Shown here piece by piece: positions 62,740 to 64,000 of a DNA stretch of 64,000 nt. The notes under the pieces were generated by a model. The model did not search any database. It had not been told where the DNA came from and was given only the letters and a program-made list of their open reading frames with translations. This stretch comes from the human T2T-CHM13v2.0 reference genome, Homo sapiens. The DNA lies in the NCBI RefSeq assembly GCF_009914755.1, contig NC_060941.1; one strand, written 5' to 3'. The translations under genes and the position numbers were made by a program. Numbering within the stretch: the stretch's first letter is position 1; each line of letters starts with the position of its first letter.

Positions 62740-62829
62740 TAGCACTTCAGAGTTGACAGATACTTTTGTAATATACTTGGTCCAGAGGTTACCCTCCAAA
62801 ATGTTATTTCTCAAGAAAGATAGTTCTTA

Positions 62830-63440
<611 letters not shown>

Positions 63441-64000
63441 TGCTCATAGTCTGCTTTTCTTACAAGCTTGCGGGTGTCTGTGCTCATAGTCTGCTTTTCT
63501 TACAAGCTTGCGGGTGTCTGTGCTCATAGTCTGCTTTTCTTACAAGCTTGCGGGTGTCTGTGCTCATAGTCTGCTTTTCTTACAAGCTTGCGGGTGTCTG
63601 TGCTCATAGTCTGCTTTTCTTACAAGCTTGCGGGTGTCTGTGCTCATAGTCTGCTTTTCTTACAAGCTTGCGGGTGTCTGCTCATAGTCTGCTTTTCTTA
63701 CAAGCTTGCGGGTGTCTGTGCTCATAGTCTGCTTTTCTTACAAGCTTGCGGGTGTCTGTGCTCATAGTCTGCTTTTCTTACAAGCTTGCGGGTGTCTGCT
63801 CATAGTCTGCTTTTCTTACAAGCTTGCGGGTGTCTGTGCTCATAGTCTGCTTTTCTTACAAGCTTGCGGGTGTCTGTGCTCATAGTCTGCTTTTCTTACA
63901 AGCTTGCGGGTGTCTGTGCTCATAGTCTGCTTTTCTTACAAGCTTGCGGGTGTCTGTGCTCATAGTCTGCTTTTCTTACAAGCTTGCGGGTGTCTGCTCA

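Overview
This is primate, almost certainly human, genomic DNA from the FN3KRP-FN3K-TBCD locus (17q25.3 in human). It holds three + strand genes. FN3KRP is complete (6 coding exons, 15143-25574, 309 aa). Its tandem paralogue FN3K is complete (6 coding exons, 34141-49357, 309 aa), with identical coding-exon sizes of 141/152/92/83/123/339 nt. TBCD is present as exons 1-3 (ATG at 50841) and runs off the window. All exons were delimited by hand from GT/AG sites and join into continuous reading frames. The rest is CpG-island promoters, about 70 Alus, a full-length 968-bp HERV-K(HML-2) LTR5 solo LTR with a 6-bp target-site duplication, older LTR/DNA/L1 remnants, and many minisatellites. Repeat family names are recognised from memory of consensus sequences, not from a search. 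I see no new gene system; nearly all ORF-track entries are Alu, low-complexity or GC-rich artefacts. The best leads are regulatory or structural: two adjacent minisatellites that look like inverted relatives, minisatellites born from transposon sequence, decoy splice donors, candidate cryptic exons, in-frame FN3KRP/FN3K read-through chimeras, a repeat-built FN3K 3'UTR, and UPRE-like motifs in the FN3K promoter.
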